From Thermodesulfobacteriota bacterium (GTDB lineage: Bacteria; Desulfobacterota_D; UBA1144; Nemesobacterales; UBA2774): a stretch of DNA of 64,000 nucleotides. A program made the position numbers and the translations under genes. The stretch spans positions 480,001-544,000 of the forward strand of contig OZ244197.1 in the NCBI GenBank assembly GCA_965216785.1, in the 5' to 3' direction. Shown piece by piece: positions 7,966 to 15,735 of this stretch; positions within the stretch are counted from its first letter, which is position 1, and each line of letters begins with the position of its first letter. The notes below the pieces were generated by a model. That model searched no databases, was not told the DNA's origin, and saw only the letters and a program-made list of their open reading frames with translations.

Positions 7966-9021
7966 CTAATTGGTATTGGAATCCATGAATTGACTCAGAG
8001 GGCCTTTAGGATCAATGATTCTTTTAATTTCTCTGAAAGGTACTACGACAAAGTAAGATCCTTCAGCGTATGAGCCAACAGCATACGGAGCAAAGGCAAA
8101 CTTTATTCCCTCAGGGGATATGGCAAATACTCCAAGGTCTTGTTCATTAAAAGATGTAATTTCTCCATTTACAATCCAGCCTGCTTTCTTCACAAGGAGA
8201 TCATTGATACAATAGGTGGAAAGCGCTTTTAGATAATTTGATCCGGGCTTAAATAAGTCTGATAGTTTGATGAGTGATGCTTTACCATCTTTGATCGAAT
8301 AGTTTGATGAAAGGTAGTAGGTATTCCCGTGCGCGCCTCCCGTATATGAATATACTTCACCAGTGAGGCTCACCAGGTGATCCGAGTAATAGGCAATGGA
8401 ATAACTCCTGTCCTCCTGCCAGCTTCCCGCGGAGTCATTGGTTGAAAAAAACTCCCTTGATTCCCGCAAGAATTTATCCTGCTCGGCTTTGAGATTTTTA
8501 CTAAGCTCGGTATTTATCATTGTGAGTCCCGAATCATCGTATAGAAATTTAGGATAAAGGAGCGAGGACTCTATTTTCGGGCCTCCAGACGCTGTAGTGT
8601 TCACAAAATCCGCGACTTTCGTTAATTTGAAGGGAAGCTTTTTATTACCTTTTGGGTTTGACCACTCCCCTTCGATAGTCCTTGCGTAATCTGAGCTTTC
8701 ATCATTAATTTTGCCTCTGAATGTCCCAGTTATAATGCCCTTTACACCTTTCTCGCTGAGCATAACGGTAGAGTCCTTCGGGTTAATTGTCCCTGACAGT
8801 GAGAGCGGGATCCCCTTTGTATCATAGTAATATGAGCCGTTTATATCACTTGAATCGAATATTAACTCCATCTGAACCTTATTTATCTCGCCTACAGTAC
8901 CGATATAGTAGTAGCGTTTCTGAGTGTTTTCACCGCCTTGCCGTGCTTGAGCGTGAGCATATGGAAATATTGCGAAAGTCAAAACTCCAATAAATACGCC
9001 AACATACATTATAAATCGCAT
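7966..9021 (-). CDS. Exported RsiV/PdaC-like (DUF3298/DUF4163) domain protein
   Basis: Motifs YSYTGGAHG, LSDLF and FAPYAVGSYAEG; signal peptide ending in AHA. Start moved to ATG 9021, behind an AAGGAG SD. Confidence 0.8.
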   Translation of the reverse strand: MRFIMYVGVFIGVLTFAIFPYAHAQARQGGENTQKRYYYIGTVGEINKVQMELIFDSSDINGSYYYDTKGIPLSLSGTINPKDSTVMLSEKGVKGIITGTFRGKINDESSDYARTIEGEWSNPKGNKKLPFKLTKVADFVNTTASGGPKIESSLLYPKFLYDDSGLTMINTELSKNLKAEQDKFLRESREFFSTNDSAGSWQEDRSYSIAYYSDHLVSLTGEVYSYTGGAHGNTYYLSSNYSIKDGKASLIKLSDLFKPGSNYLKALSTYCINDLLVKKAGWIVNGEITSFNEQDLGVFAISPEGIKFAFAPYAVGSYAEGSYFVVVPFREIKRIIDPKGPLSQFMDSNTN

Positions 9022-9197
9022 CTTCTCTCCTTTTTTATAGAAAGTCACAAAGCGCGTTAAATTATATATTAGCACAAAACAGAATACTTAGGAGAAAAGT
9101 ACGAGAATATCACCATAGGAGAGTACAAATTGAGTATTTTCAGGTAAGAATATGACAATATTTGCAACTTTATGACAGAATACGTCTATGCGTTCAA

Positions 9198-9220
9198 AAT
9201 TTGCCATATTCTCGCAAATT
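9198..9220. promoter_or_regulatory. Inverted repeat AATTTGC-N9-GCAAATT, candidate enhancer-binding-protein site
   Basis: Perfect 7-bp arms about 100 bp upstream of the start predicted from the sigma54 motif at 9286. Confidence 0.5.
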
Positions 9221-9285
9221 GCATATATTGTATAATTACAGAGACTTACAAAACTTTCAAGTGAATTTGATATATTTTTAGCTCT

Positions 9286-9301
9286 TGGCACACAGTTTGC
9301 T
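9286..9301 (+). promoter_or_regulatory. Sigma54 (-24/-12) promoter
   Basis: TGGCACACAGTTTGCT matches TGGCAC-N5-TTGCW with exact GG-N10-GC spacing, in an AT-rich intergenic region. Confidence 0.8.
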
Positions 9302-9311
9302 TTTATAATTA

Positions 9312-9409
9312 ACAATAGCAAACACAACATATCTGCTATGCCATAACATATTCCCCATCCTCTAAAGGGTGAGTCCGTGGATTAGTTCACGGACTCACCC
9401 TTATTTTTT
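9312..9409 (+). ncRNA. Candidate sigma54-dependent small RNA (~100 nt)
   Basis: Bounded by a sigma54 promoter and a + strand intrinsic terminator. Both flanking genes are on the - strand, and its only ATG gives M-P-stop. Confidence 0.62.
9365..9409 (+). terminator. Rho-independent terminator, + orientation
   Basis: Perfect 15-bp stem AAGGGTGAGTCCGTG / CACGGACTCACCCTT followed by ATTTTTT. Confidence 0.85.
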
Positions 9410-9440
9410 ATCTTAAAAGTATTGAGATGAAAATGCCGGA

Positions 9441-10214
9441 CTATTTACCTTTAAAAAGTAAGTCCCTCATCTGATCCTGAATCTTATTATTCGTAGCCAG
9501 AATCTCCTTCACGTAAATGCTGTACTCCGCGCCGGAGAAAAGCGATACACTGCCTCCCGCTTCCTGAACAATTAACGCTCCGGCTGCCGTATCCCAGGGG
9601 TTAAGACCAAGCTCCCAGAACCCGTCGAACCTTCCGCACGCTACATAGCACAGGTCAAGCGCCGCCGAGCCGTCACGCCTTACGGCCTGCGCCGCCCGAA
9701 TAAAATTTGAGAAATGCCTCAGGTTTTCTTCGACCATCTTCTCGTTTTCATGCACAAAACCCGTGCACAGATGGCACTCGTCTATACATTCCGTATGCGA
9801 TACGCCAATCGGCGCGCCGTTCAAATAAGACCCGTTTCCTCTACGGGCTGTGAACATCTCGTCCTTTACCGGATCGTAGACAAGCCCCAGCTCTATAACA
9901 CCCTTAACCTCTAGTGCGATGGAAACAGAGAAAAAAGGGTATGCGTGAGCGTAGTTTGTAGTACCGTCCAGCGGGTCTATGAGCCAAAGGTAATCTGAGT
10001 CCGTTACGTGCTTGCCAGACTCTTCAGCAAATATATCGTGCGTTGGAAAATTATCTTTTAATATGCCAATAATAAGCTCTTCAGAGAGCGTATCTACCTC
10101 GGTAACCAGGCTGTTCTTGGCTTTAAATTCGATCTCTTTTACTTTGCCCAGGTTCTTTAAATGAATCTCGCCCGCTTCGCGCGCGGCTTTCTCTGCAATT
10201 TCTAAATACTCCAA
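9441..10214 (-). CDS. suhB: Inositol monophosphatase family protein
   Basis: Motifs LVTEVD, WLIDPLDGTTNYAH, GSAALDLCYVACGRFDGFWE and PWDTAAG; TTG start behind AAGGAG. Confidence 0.9.
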   Translation of the reverse strand: MEYLEIAEKAAREAGEIHLKNLGKVKEIEFKAKNSLVTEVDTLSEELIIGILKDNFPTHDIFAEESGKHVTDSDYLWLIDPLDGTTNYAHAYPFFSVSIALEVKGVIELGLVYDPVKDEMFTARRGNGSYLNGAPIGVSHTECIDECHLCTGFVHENEKMVEENLRHFSNFIRAAQAVRRDGSAALDLCYVACGRFDGFWELGLNPWDTAAGALIVQEAGGSVSLFSGAEYSIYVKEILATNNKIQDQMRDLLFKGK

Positions 10215-10305
10215 TAGTAGCTCCTTAGTCAGGTGTAGTGTTGAGGATTAGTAAAACAATCGCGAGAAGTATAGTACATCTCTTAAAAACTATTGAGACC
10301 TTAAG

Positions 10306-10509
10306 CTACTCCGGAGTCTCTTCAGGAATTATTATCCAGCCCAGTATATACACGAGAAGCGCCGTACCCGCGCTGAAAATCGTGATCAGAGCATAGACGA
10401 GTCTTATCATCGTTGGATCAAGAGAATAAATCTCCCCTATCCCGCCGCAAATCCCCGCCACCATCTTGTCTTTACGAGAACGGTATAGTTTTTTTACCTC
10501 TTTACTCAT
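10306..10509 (-). CDS. PspC domain membrane protein
   Basis: KKLYRSRKDKMVAGICGGIGE..DPTMIRL...YILGWIIIPEE is the typical PspC pattern. Confidence 0.9.
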   Translation of the reverse strand: MSKEVKKLYRSRKDKMVAGICGGIGEIYSLDPTMIRLVYALITIFSAGTALLVYILGWIIIPEETPE

Positions 10510-10556
10510 ATGAGATCACCCCCATGGAATGAATAATGAGATTATACCCTAAAACA

Positions 10557-11027
10557 TCAGTCAAATGTCTTTATATTTAAGAGATAATTGTAATATTCAG
10601 GGGAAAGGTATTCCCGGGCTTTTAACAGATGCTCCAAATAGGCTTTAGTCGGATGAAGACCTTCTCCGATTTTATCCGGCATAGCCGTATAGGTCTTCAC
10701 TGTTTCTTGAGTACCACCGATATCCAGAACGAGCCTGATTCGAGCGTAATGTTCGGGATAGCCTTCGAATTTGTCCAGATTATATAAGCCCCCGACTGTA
10801 ATTCTATAAACGACCCCTTCTACATAGCTATTCTCTTCCGGAACTATATTCGCGCAACCCGTCCCGGGTGTTTGAGAAGAAATTTTATTGAATCTAAGGC
10901 TGTATCCCTCAAGTGAATGCTTGCGCCTGAGAGTAAAATCCGCCCCTCTCTCCGCCATTCTCTCAGGATTCATATTGGAGCCGTAGGCGAAATAATAAAG
11001 TTTTTCTTTTACGTCAGTCTGCGTCAT
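10557..11027 (-). CDS. Gamma-glutamylcyclotransferase family protein
   Basis: Motifs YFAYGSNM, VEGVVY and LDKFEGYP (catalytic Glu). Confidence 0.88.
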   Translation of the reverse strand: MTQTDVKEKLYYFAYGSNMNPERMAERGADFTLRRKHSLEGYSLRFNKISSQTPGTGCANIVPEENSYVEGVVYRITVGGLYNLDKFEGYPEHYARIRLVLDIGGTQETVKTYTAMPDKIGEGLHPTKAYLEHLLKAREYLSPEYYNYLLNIKTFD

Positions 11028-11054
11028 CGTCGTAATTCCGGGGTTAAGTTAACG

Positions 11055-12779
11055 TTATTCGTATGTCTGTATCTTGTATAGCCCTGAGTATATCCCGTCT
11101 CTTTTCATAAGCTCATCGTGGCTTCCTATCTCAACAAGGCTGCCTTTCTCAAACACTGCAATGCGGTCAAAACCGCTTATTGACGGCACTCTGCTGGATA
11201 TTGCCAGTAAGGTCCTGCCGTCCATCTCTTTTCTCAGGTTTTTAAGGACCAGGCTTTCAGTCCTAAGATCAAGGGAGGAAAATACGTCGTCCAGTACGAG
11301 CACTTTAGGACTTAGAAGCACAGCCCTCGCTATGGCGAGCCTTTGCCTCTGACCGCCCGAAAGACTAAGCCCCCTCTCCCCAACCCTTGCATCGAACCCG
11401 CCCGGGAAAGCCATAATCTCATCGTAAAGCTCGGCAACTCTTGCTGCTTCTACGACCTCTTCCTCGCTCACATCAGGATTCATAAAAGAAATATTATCCA
11501 TCACTGTCCCGCTGAACACAGTGGTCTCCTGAGGCACATAAATCACCCCGTCCCTAAGGCTGTCCCTGTTTATTTTCCTCACATCGACGTTGTCGATGAA
11601 CATTGTGTTCTCCGGAGGCTCAACTATTCTCGTAAGCAGCTGGAAGAGAGTTGACTTCCCGGAGCCCGTCGCCCCGGTCACCCCTAGAGCCTGTCCTACG
11701 GGGATACTCATAGAAACGTTATTCAAAGCCCTTACACCATTGTATGAATAGGAGAGATTCCTAAGCTCGATGTTTCCCTCAATATCCAGCTCCACTGAGC
11801 CCGGCTCATAGATAGATTTTGGCTCCTCCATGAGCACGTCGTTTATGCGGTTTAGCGATGCCGTGCCCCTCTTTATGATATCCACGGCCCACCCCATAGC
11901 CATCATTGGCCATGTGAGCATCGCCAGATACACTAAAGCGGCTGCGAACTGGCCGACATTTATATCAAGGCTGATTGTCTTAATACCCCCCATCCAGATG
12001 AATATCGCGGTAGCCGACCCTGCCATAAAGGTTATTATCGGCTGATAGACACCCCAAATTTTTATAAGGTTAAGGTTCTTATCCAAATAGTCAGAGCTCG
12101 AAGCTCTGAAATCTTTTACCTCGCTGTCCTCTCTTACGTAAGCCTTTACGACTTTAATACCTGAAATGGACTCCCTGGCGCTCTCCGTGAGAATTGAGAA
12201 CGAATCCTGCACCCTCTGGAACCTCTTCTCTATCATTCTCCCGAATTTATATACGATAACCGCAAGTATTGGGAAAGGTATAAACGCATAGAGCGCAAGC
12301 TCGGGAGAGATGTAGAGCATAGCAATGAATATAAATATCAGGAGAAATACGCCGTCATAGGCGATAAGCACACCAAGACCGCAGGCGAATTTGAGCGTCT
12401 CGATATCGTTTACAGTGTGGGCCATCAGGTCGCCAACTTTTCGCCTTGAAAAAAAATCGAAGTGAAGACTCTGAAGGTGCTCGAAAAACTCGTCCCTTAA
12501 AGACTGCTCGATCCTACGTGCGGCGCCCATAATGAAGAACCTCCAAAAGAACCTGAACACAGCCATAGCGATTGCTATGCCGACCATGTAGAGACCGAAG
12601 CGGGTTATATCGCTAACCTTAGCTTTCTCAAGCGTAAGAGTATTGACCACCCTCTCTATCACTAGGGGTATCGAGAGCTGGCATACATCAACAAGCGAGA
12701 GCGCAAAGAGTCCTGCAAGAAAAGAGTATTTATATTTCAGAAGCAGAGAGAATATTGTCTTTTTTTTTGTTTCAGGCAT
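11055..12779 (-). CDS. ABC exporter half-transporter (TMD+NBD, MdlA-like, degenerate NBD)
   Basis: About 6 TM helices, Walker A GATGSGKS, signature LSGGQRQR and Walker B VLVLDD. Start placed at ATG 12779. Confidence 0.9.
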   Translation of the reverse strand: MPETKKKTIFSLLLKYKYSFLAGLFALSLVDVCQLSIPLVIERVVNTLTLEKAKVSDITRFGLYMVGIAIAMAVFRFFWRFFIMGAARRIEQSLRDEFFEHLQSLHFDFFSRRKVGDLMAHTVNDIETLKFACGLGVLIAYDGVFLLIFIFIAMLYISPELALYAFIPFPILAVIVYKFGRMIEKRFQRVQDSFSILTESARESISGIKVVKAYVREDSEVKDFRASSSDYLDKNLNLIKIWGVYQPIITFMAGSATAIFIWMGGIKTISLDINVGQFAAALVYLAMLTWPMMAMGWAVDIIKRGTASLNRINDVLMEEPKSIYEPGSVELDIEGNIELRNLSYSYNGVRALNNVSMSIPVGQALGVTGATGSGKSTLFQLLTRIVEPPENTMFIDNVDVRKINRDSLRDGVIYVPQETTVFSGTVMDNISFMNPDVSEEEVVEAARVAELYDEIMAFPGGFDARVGERGLSLSGGQRQRLAIARAVLLSPKVLVLDDVFSSLDLRTESLVLKNLRKEMDGRTLLAISSRVPSISGFDRIAVFEKGSLVEIGSHDELMKRDGIYSGLYKIQTYE

Positions 12780-12945
12780 CGTTCGTGCGGGCCTTGTATT
12801 ATTCAAAATGTCCTTAATACAAAGCCTTTTAGTATACCTGAACAGCTGCTGAAAAATGTTGCTATCTGACAAGCGTATTATTCAAATTAAACAGCGCTCA
12901 CAGAACAAAAGCGGCTGCTTGATTACTAGCCAAAAATTTAGATAC

Positions 12946-12970
12946 AAAAAAAGGGGCCAAGGCCCCTTTT
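12946..12970 (-). terminator. Intrinsic terminator downstream of lipoprotein gene (potentially bidirectional)
   Basis: On the minus strand, AAAAGGGGC-CTTG-GCCCC is followed by T7. Confidence 0.85.
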
Positions 12971-12995
12971 CATGTAACCTTTATTTTAATTGAAC

Positions 12996-13484
12996 TTAGT
13001 CGTAACTTAGCGGTCTTCCGTCCGGGTTATACGTAACGCTGAACCAGTCGTCTTTTTCTTCATCAAATCCCGGAATTCTGGACTTTACATTTATAGTCTC
13101 AAGAGTCTTTTCCAAATTGTAGGTCTCTTTAACCACAATCGACCCCGGGGGCAGTACCTCTCCTTCCAAAACCGCTTTGTAGGCAGTACCGTTTATATAG
13201 GTGGTTACCAGCTTGTCGTCTCCCTCTTCGGTGAAGGCCTTTTGTCCCGGCATTATCTTCCAGTGCTCTTTATACTCCTCGGTATGAATCAACCCCCACA
13301 GCTCAGCGGCTAATTTCGGCGGGGCCTGTACTTGCATTTTCTCTTCCATCTGTTCATGCATTTCCTCGGTTTTCTCTACCGCCTCTTCAACTGGGTCGTC
13401 CGATTTCTGCTCTCCGCTCTTACATCCCGCGTAGACAAAACTTAATGACAATAAGAATATTAATAATAAGTTCGTGGCTTTCAT
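12996..13484 (-). CDS. Lipoprotein with cytochrome P460-like domain lacking CxxCH
   Basis: Lipobox YAGC; motifs W..MPG, TYIN..A, LPPGSIVVKE.Y and GFD...DWF..Y.PDG typical of the P460 family; GGAGG SD. Confidence 0.65.
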   Translation of the reverse strand: MKATNLLLIFLLSLSFVYAGCKSGEQKSDDPVEEAVEKTEEMHEQMEEKMQVQAPPKLAAELWGLIHTEEYKEHWKIMPGQKAFTEEGDDKLVTTYINGTAYKAVLEGEVLPPGSIVVKETYNLEKTLETINVKSRIPGFDEEKDDWFSVTYNPDGRPLSYD

Positions 13485-13630
13485 TTCTTCCTCCGGTGTT
13501 TATTTTGGAAGTGTATTCTATCATCAGAATTTGGGTCTATGCAAATCCTCGTTCGATAATATTGTTATACCCGAACCAAATCAAGGTGGAATCACTTGAA
13601 CGAAAATTTTTAATATTGGGAAAAAAACCC

Positions 13631-13659
13631 TTGACAAAGATTTTAGGATATACTAATAT
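13631..13659 (+). promoter_or_regulatory. Sigma70-type promoter of tetR-aminotransferase operon
   Basis: TTGACA-N17-TAATAT with an A-tract upstream. Confidence 0.7.
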
Positions 13660-13667
13660 CTCTCCTG

Positions 13668-13681
13668 ACTGACTAGTCAGT
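13668..13681. promoter_or_regulatory. Perfect palindrome ACTGACTAGTCAGT, probable TetR operator
   Basis: 14-bp perfect palindrome just downstream of the -10 element and upstream of a TetR gene. Confidence 0.7.
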
Positions 13682-13706
13682 TCAATTTGACCGTGATGGG
13701 TTAAAA

Positions 13707-14360
13707 ATGGCTAAAGCAAAGAAATTAATGGATAAACGGGTCGTGAAAGGTACTAAACCACGCAGGAAAAAAGGGCGCAAAGAAGAAATTCTGGATGCGG
13801 CTGCCAACCTTTTTTCCCAAAAAAGCTACCACGACGTAACAATGGACCAGATAGCCGCTCATGTAGGCGTTGCTAAGGGAACATTATATCTGTACTTCAA
13901 CTCCAAAGAGAAACTCTATCTCGAGATTCTCGAAGATACCTTCGAGGAGATAGAGTCGATTCTGGAAAAAGAGATAGCGAAAAATGACCCGGCTCCCGAA
14001 AAGCTGAAGAAAGTTCTGAGGCTTATATTCCAGTTTTATCTTCAGCATTTGGATGTGCTTCGTATTCTAAGCAGAGACGAGACGCATCTTATCCGTGAGC
14101 ATTATGAATTTACCGAGCACTGGCGTCACAGAAGAATAAAGCTTTACGAAAAAATTTTGGAGAAAGGCATTAAAGAAGGATCATTCCGCCCGTCCAATAC
14201 CAAGCTTACCGCGCATATTATTTTCGGGCTCGTAGGCTCGGTGACGTTTTTTTATCAGTCGGATAAAAACGCGGGCGATATAGCTGAAGAGGTATACGCG
14301 ATGATTTCAGAGGGGATAACAGCCCACTCTGCCGCGAATACCGAGCCAGCAAGGGTTTAG
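13707..14360 (+). CDS. TetR/AcrR family transcriptional regulator
   Basis: HTH ILDAAANLFSQKSYHDVTMDQIAAHVGVAKGTLYLYFNSKEKL. Confidence 0.95.
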   Translation: MAKAKKLMDKRVVKGTKPRRKKGRKEEILDAAANLFSQKSYHDVTMDQIAAHVGVAKGTLYLYFNSKEKLYLEILEDTFEEIESILEKEIAKNDPAPEKLKKVLRLIFQFYLQHLDVLRILSRDETHLIREHYEFTEHWRHRRIKLYEKILEKGIKEGSFRPSNTKLTAHIIFGLVGSVTFFYQSDKNAGDIAEEVYAMISEGITAHSAANTEPARV

Positions 14361-14402
14361 AAGTAGAAATAAAGAAACATTTATTCCAAGGAGGTATATC
14401 AA

Positions 14403-15587
14403 ATGGCACTTTCTTATCCTTTTAGCTCAAAGATCAGCCATTTCGTTCCCCCGAAGCAGTGGGCAAGCATGCGGGTAGCCCGGGACTTAGAGAAGAAGAC
14501 CGGGAAGAAGATAATTCATTTTGAAAAGGGAGACTACCAGGGTCCTGATTTCGACACTCCTGAACACGTGCTAGCGGCTACGGAGCAAGCGCTCAGAGAC
14601 GGTTACGTCAGATACGACCCGGGTCCGGGTCTGCCTGAGCTCAGAGAAGCTCTCGCTCAGGAAATGACAGGACGAGGGAGGCCGACAGTTCCCGAGGAAA
14701 TCATAGTTACAGCGGGAGCAAAACACGCTTTAACTATGACGCTCCTGACTTTCCTTGAGCAGGGGGATGAAGTTATATTCCCGAACCCCGGTTATCCGCC
14801 GGACGAGGTGTGGGCCAAATACGTAGGAGCTACAATAAAGCACACGCCTCTTACAAAACCTGATTGGCAGTTCGATATTGAGAAGCTCGAAAGCCTAATC
14901 ACGGATAAGACAAAGCTCCTCATCATTAATACTCCTCAGAGGCCGAACGGCCACTTGGTCGAGAACCCCGAGGAGATAGCCGAGCTTTGCTATAAGCACC
15001 CTAACCTCATGGTTATTTCGGACGAGATATTCTCTCACGTTACGTTCGATAAGCCTCACAAATCCATCTGTCAGATTCCGGACATGGTCGAAAGGACTAT
15101 AATCATTGATACGTTCTCTAAGACCTACGCTATGACTGGGTGGAGAATAGGCTTTGCTGTTGCGCCTGTACCTGTGATAGATAAGCTGTCCATATTCCTT
15201 CAGGACTCGATCACAAACGTTGCGGCATTTATTCAAAAAGCTGCGTACGCTGCGATCTCGGGGCCTCAGGACTGGACTGTTGAAAAAACAGCGCTCTTAA
15301 AACAAAAAAGAGACAGGATGGTTGCCGGGCTTAACACAGTACCGGGTATTACCTGCGACAGTCCGGACGGAGCGTTCTACGCTTTCGCCGACATTACGGG
15401 CACCGGTATGACGTCACAGGAATACACTGACCAGCTCGTTGAAAACGCGGGCGTTGCCGTAGTGGCCGGAACCGCTTTCGGCAGTCAGGGCGAAGGCTAC
15501 ATCAGGGTCACCTACGCATGTTCAGACGAGGACATTGACGAAGGTATCAGAAGAATGAGAGAAGCCGCGCTTCAAAAGTCGGCTTAA
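14403..15587 (+). CDS. PLP-dependent class I/II aminotransferase-fold enzyme
   Basis: Motifs PDFDTP, GLPELREALA, SKTYAMTGWRIG (PLP Lys), GAFYAF and YIRVTYA; GGAGG SD. Confidence 0.9.
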   Translation: MALSYPFSSKISHFVPPKQWASMRVARDLEKKTGKKIIHFEKGDYQGPDFDTPEHVLAATEQALRDGYVRYDPGPGLPELREALAQEMTGRGRPTVPEEIIVTAGAKHALTMTLLTFLEQGDEVIFPNPGYPPDEVWAKYVGATIKHTPLTKPDWQFDIEKLESLITDKTKLLIINTPQRPNGHLVENPEEIAELCYKHPNLMVISDEIFSHVTFDKPHKSICQIPDMVERTIIIDTFSKTYAMTGWRIGFAVAPVPVIDKLSIFLQDSITNVAAFIQKAAYAAISGPQDWTVEKTALLKQKRDRMVAGLNTVPGITCDSPDGAFYAFADITGTGMTSQEYTDQLVENAGVAVVAGTAFGSQGEGYIRVTYACSDEDIDEGIRRMREAALQKSA

Positions 15588-15603
15588 TAACGAATCTTCA
15601 ACT

Positions 15604-15661
15604 AACGGGCTTTTATCTCCCGAAGTGCATTTGAGCATACGGGGGATAAAGGCTCGTTTTT
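15604..15661 (+). terminator. Long imperfect hairpin with T-tract after the aminotransferase
   Basis: AACGGGCTTTTATCTCCCG...CGGGGGATAAAGGCTCGTT followed by TTT(A)TTT. Confidence 0.65.
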
Positions 15662-15735
15662 ATTTAAATTTCGCTTTTAGAATCCCTGTTTATACATTAT
15701 ATTATTTCATATAGGTAGCTAACAACGGGTGATTC

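Noticed and set aside
9088-9330. 80-aa minus-strand ORF in the intergenic region
   Set aside because: Non-ATG start, no SD and no family motifs. It overlaps the sigma54 promoter and palindrome, which explain the region better.
9350-9363. Specific base-pairing of the candidate sRNA CU-rich segment with the GH5 or pspC ribosome-binding sites
   Set aside because: Only 7-8 bp including a G-U pair. Any G-rich SD would match, so this does not identify a target.
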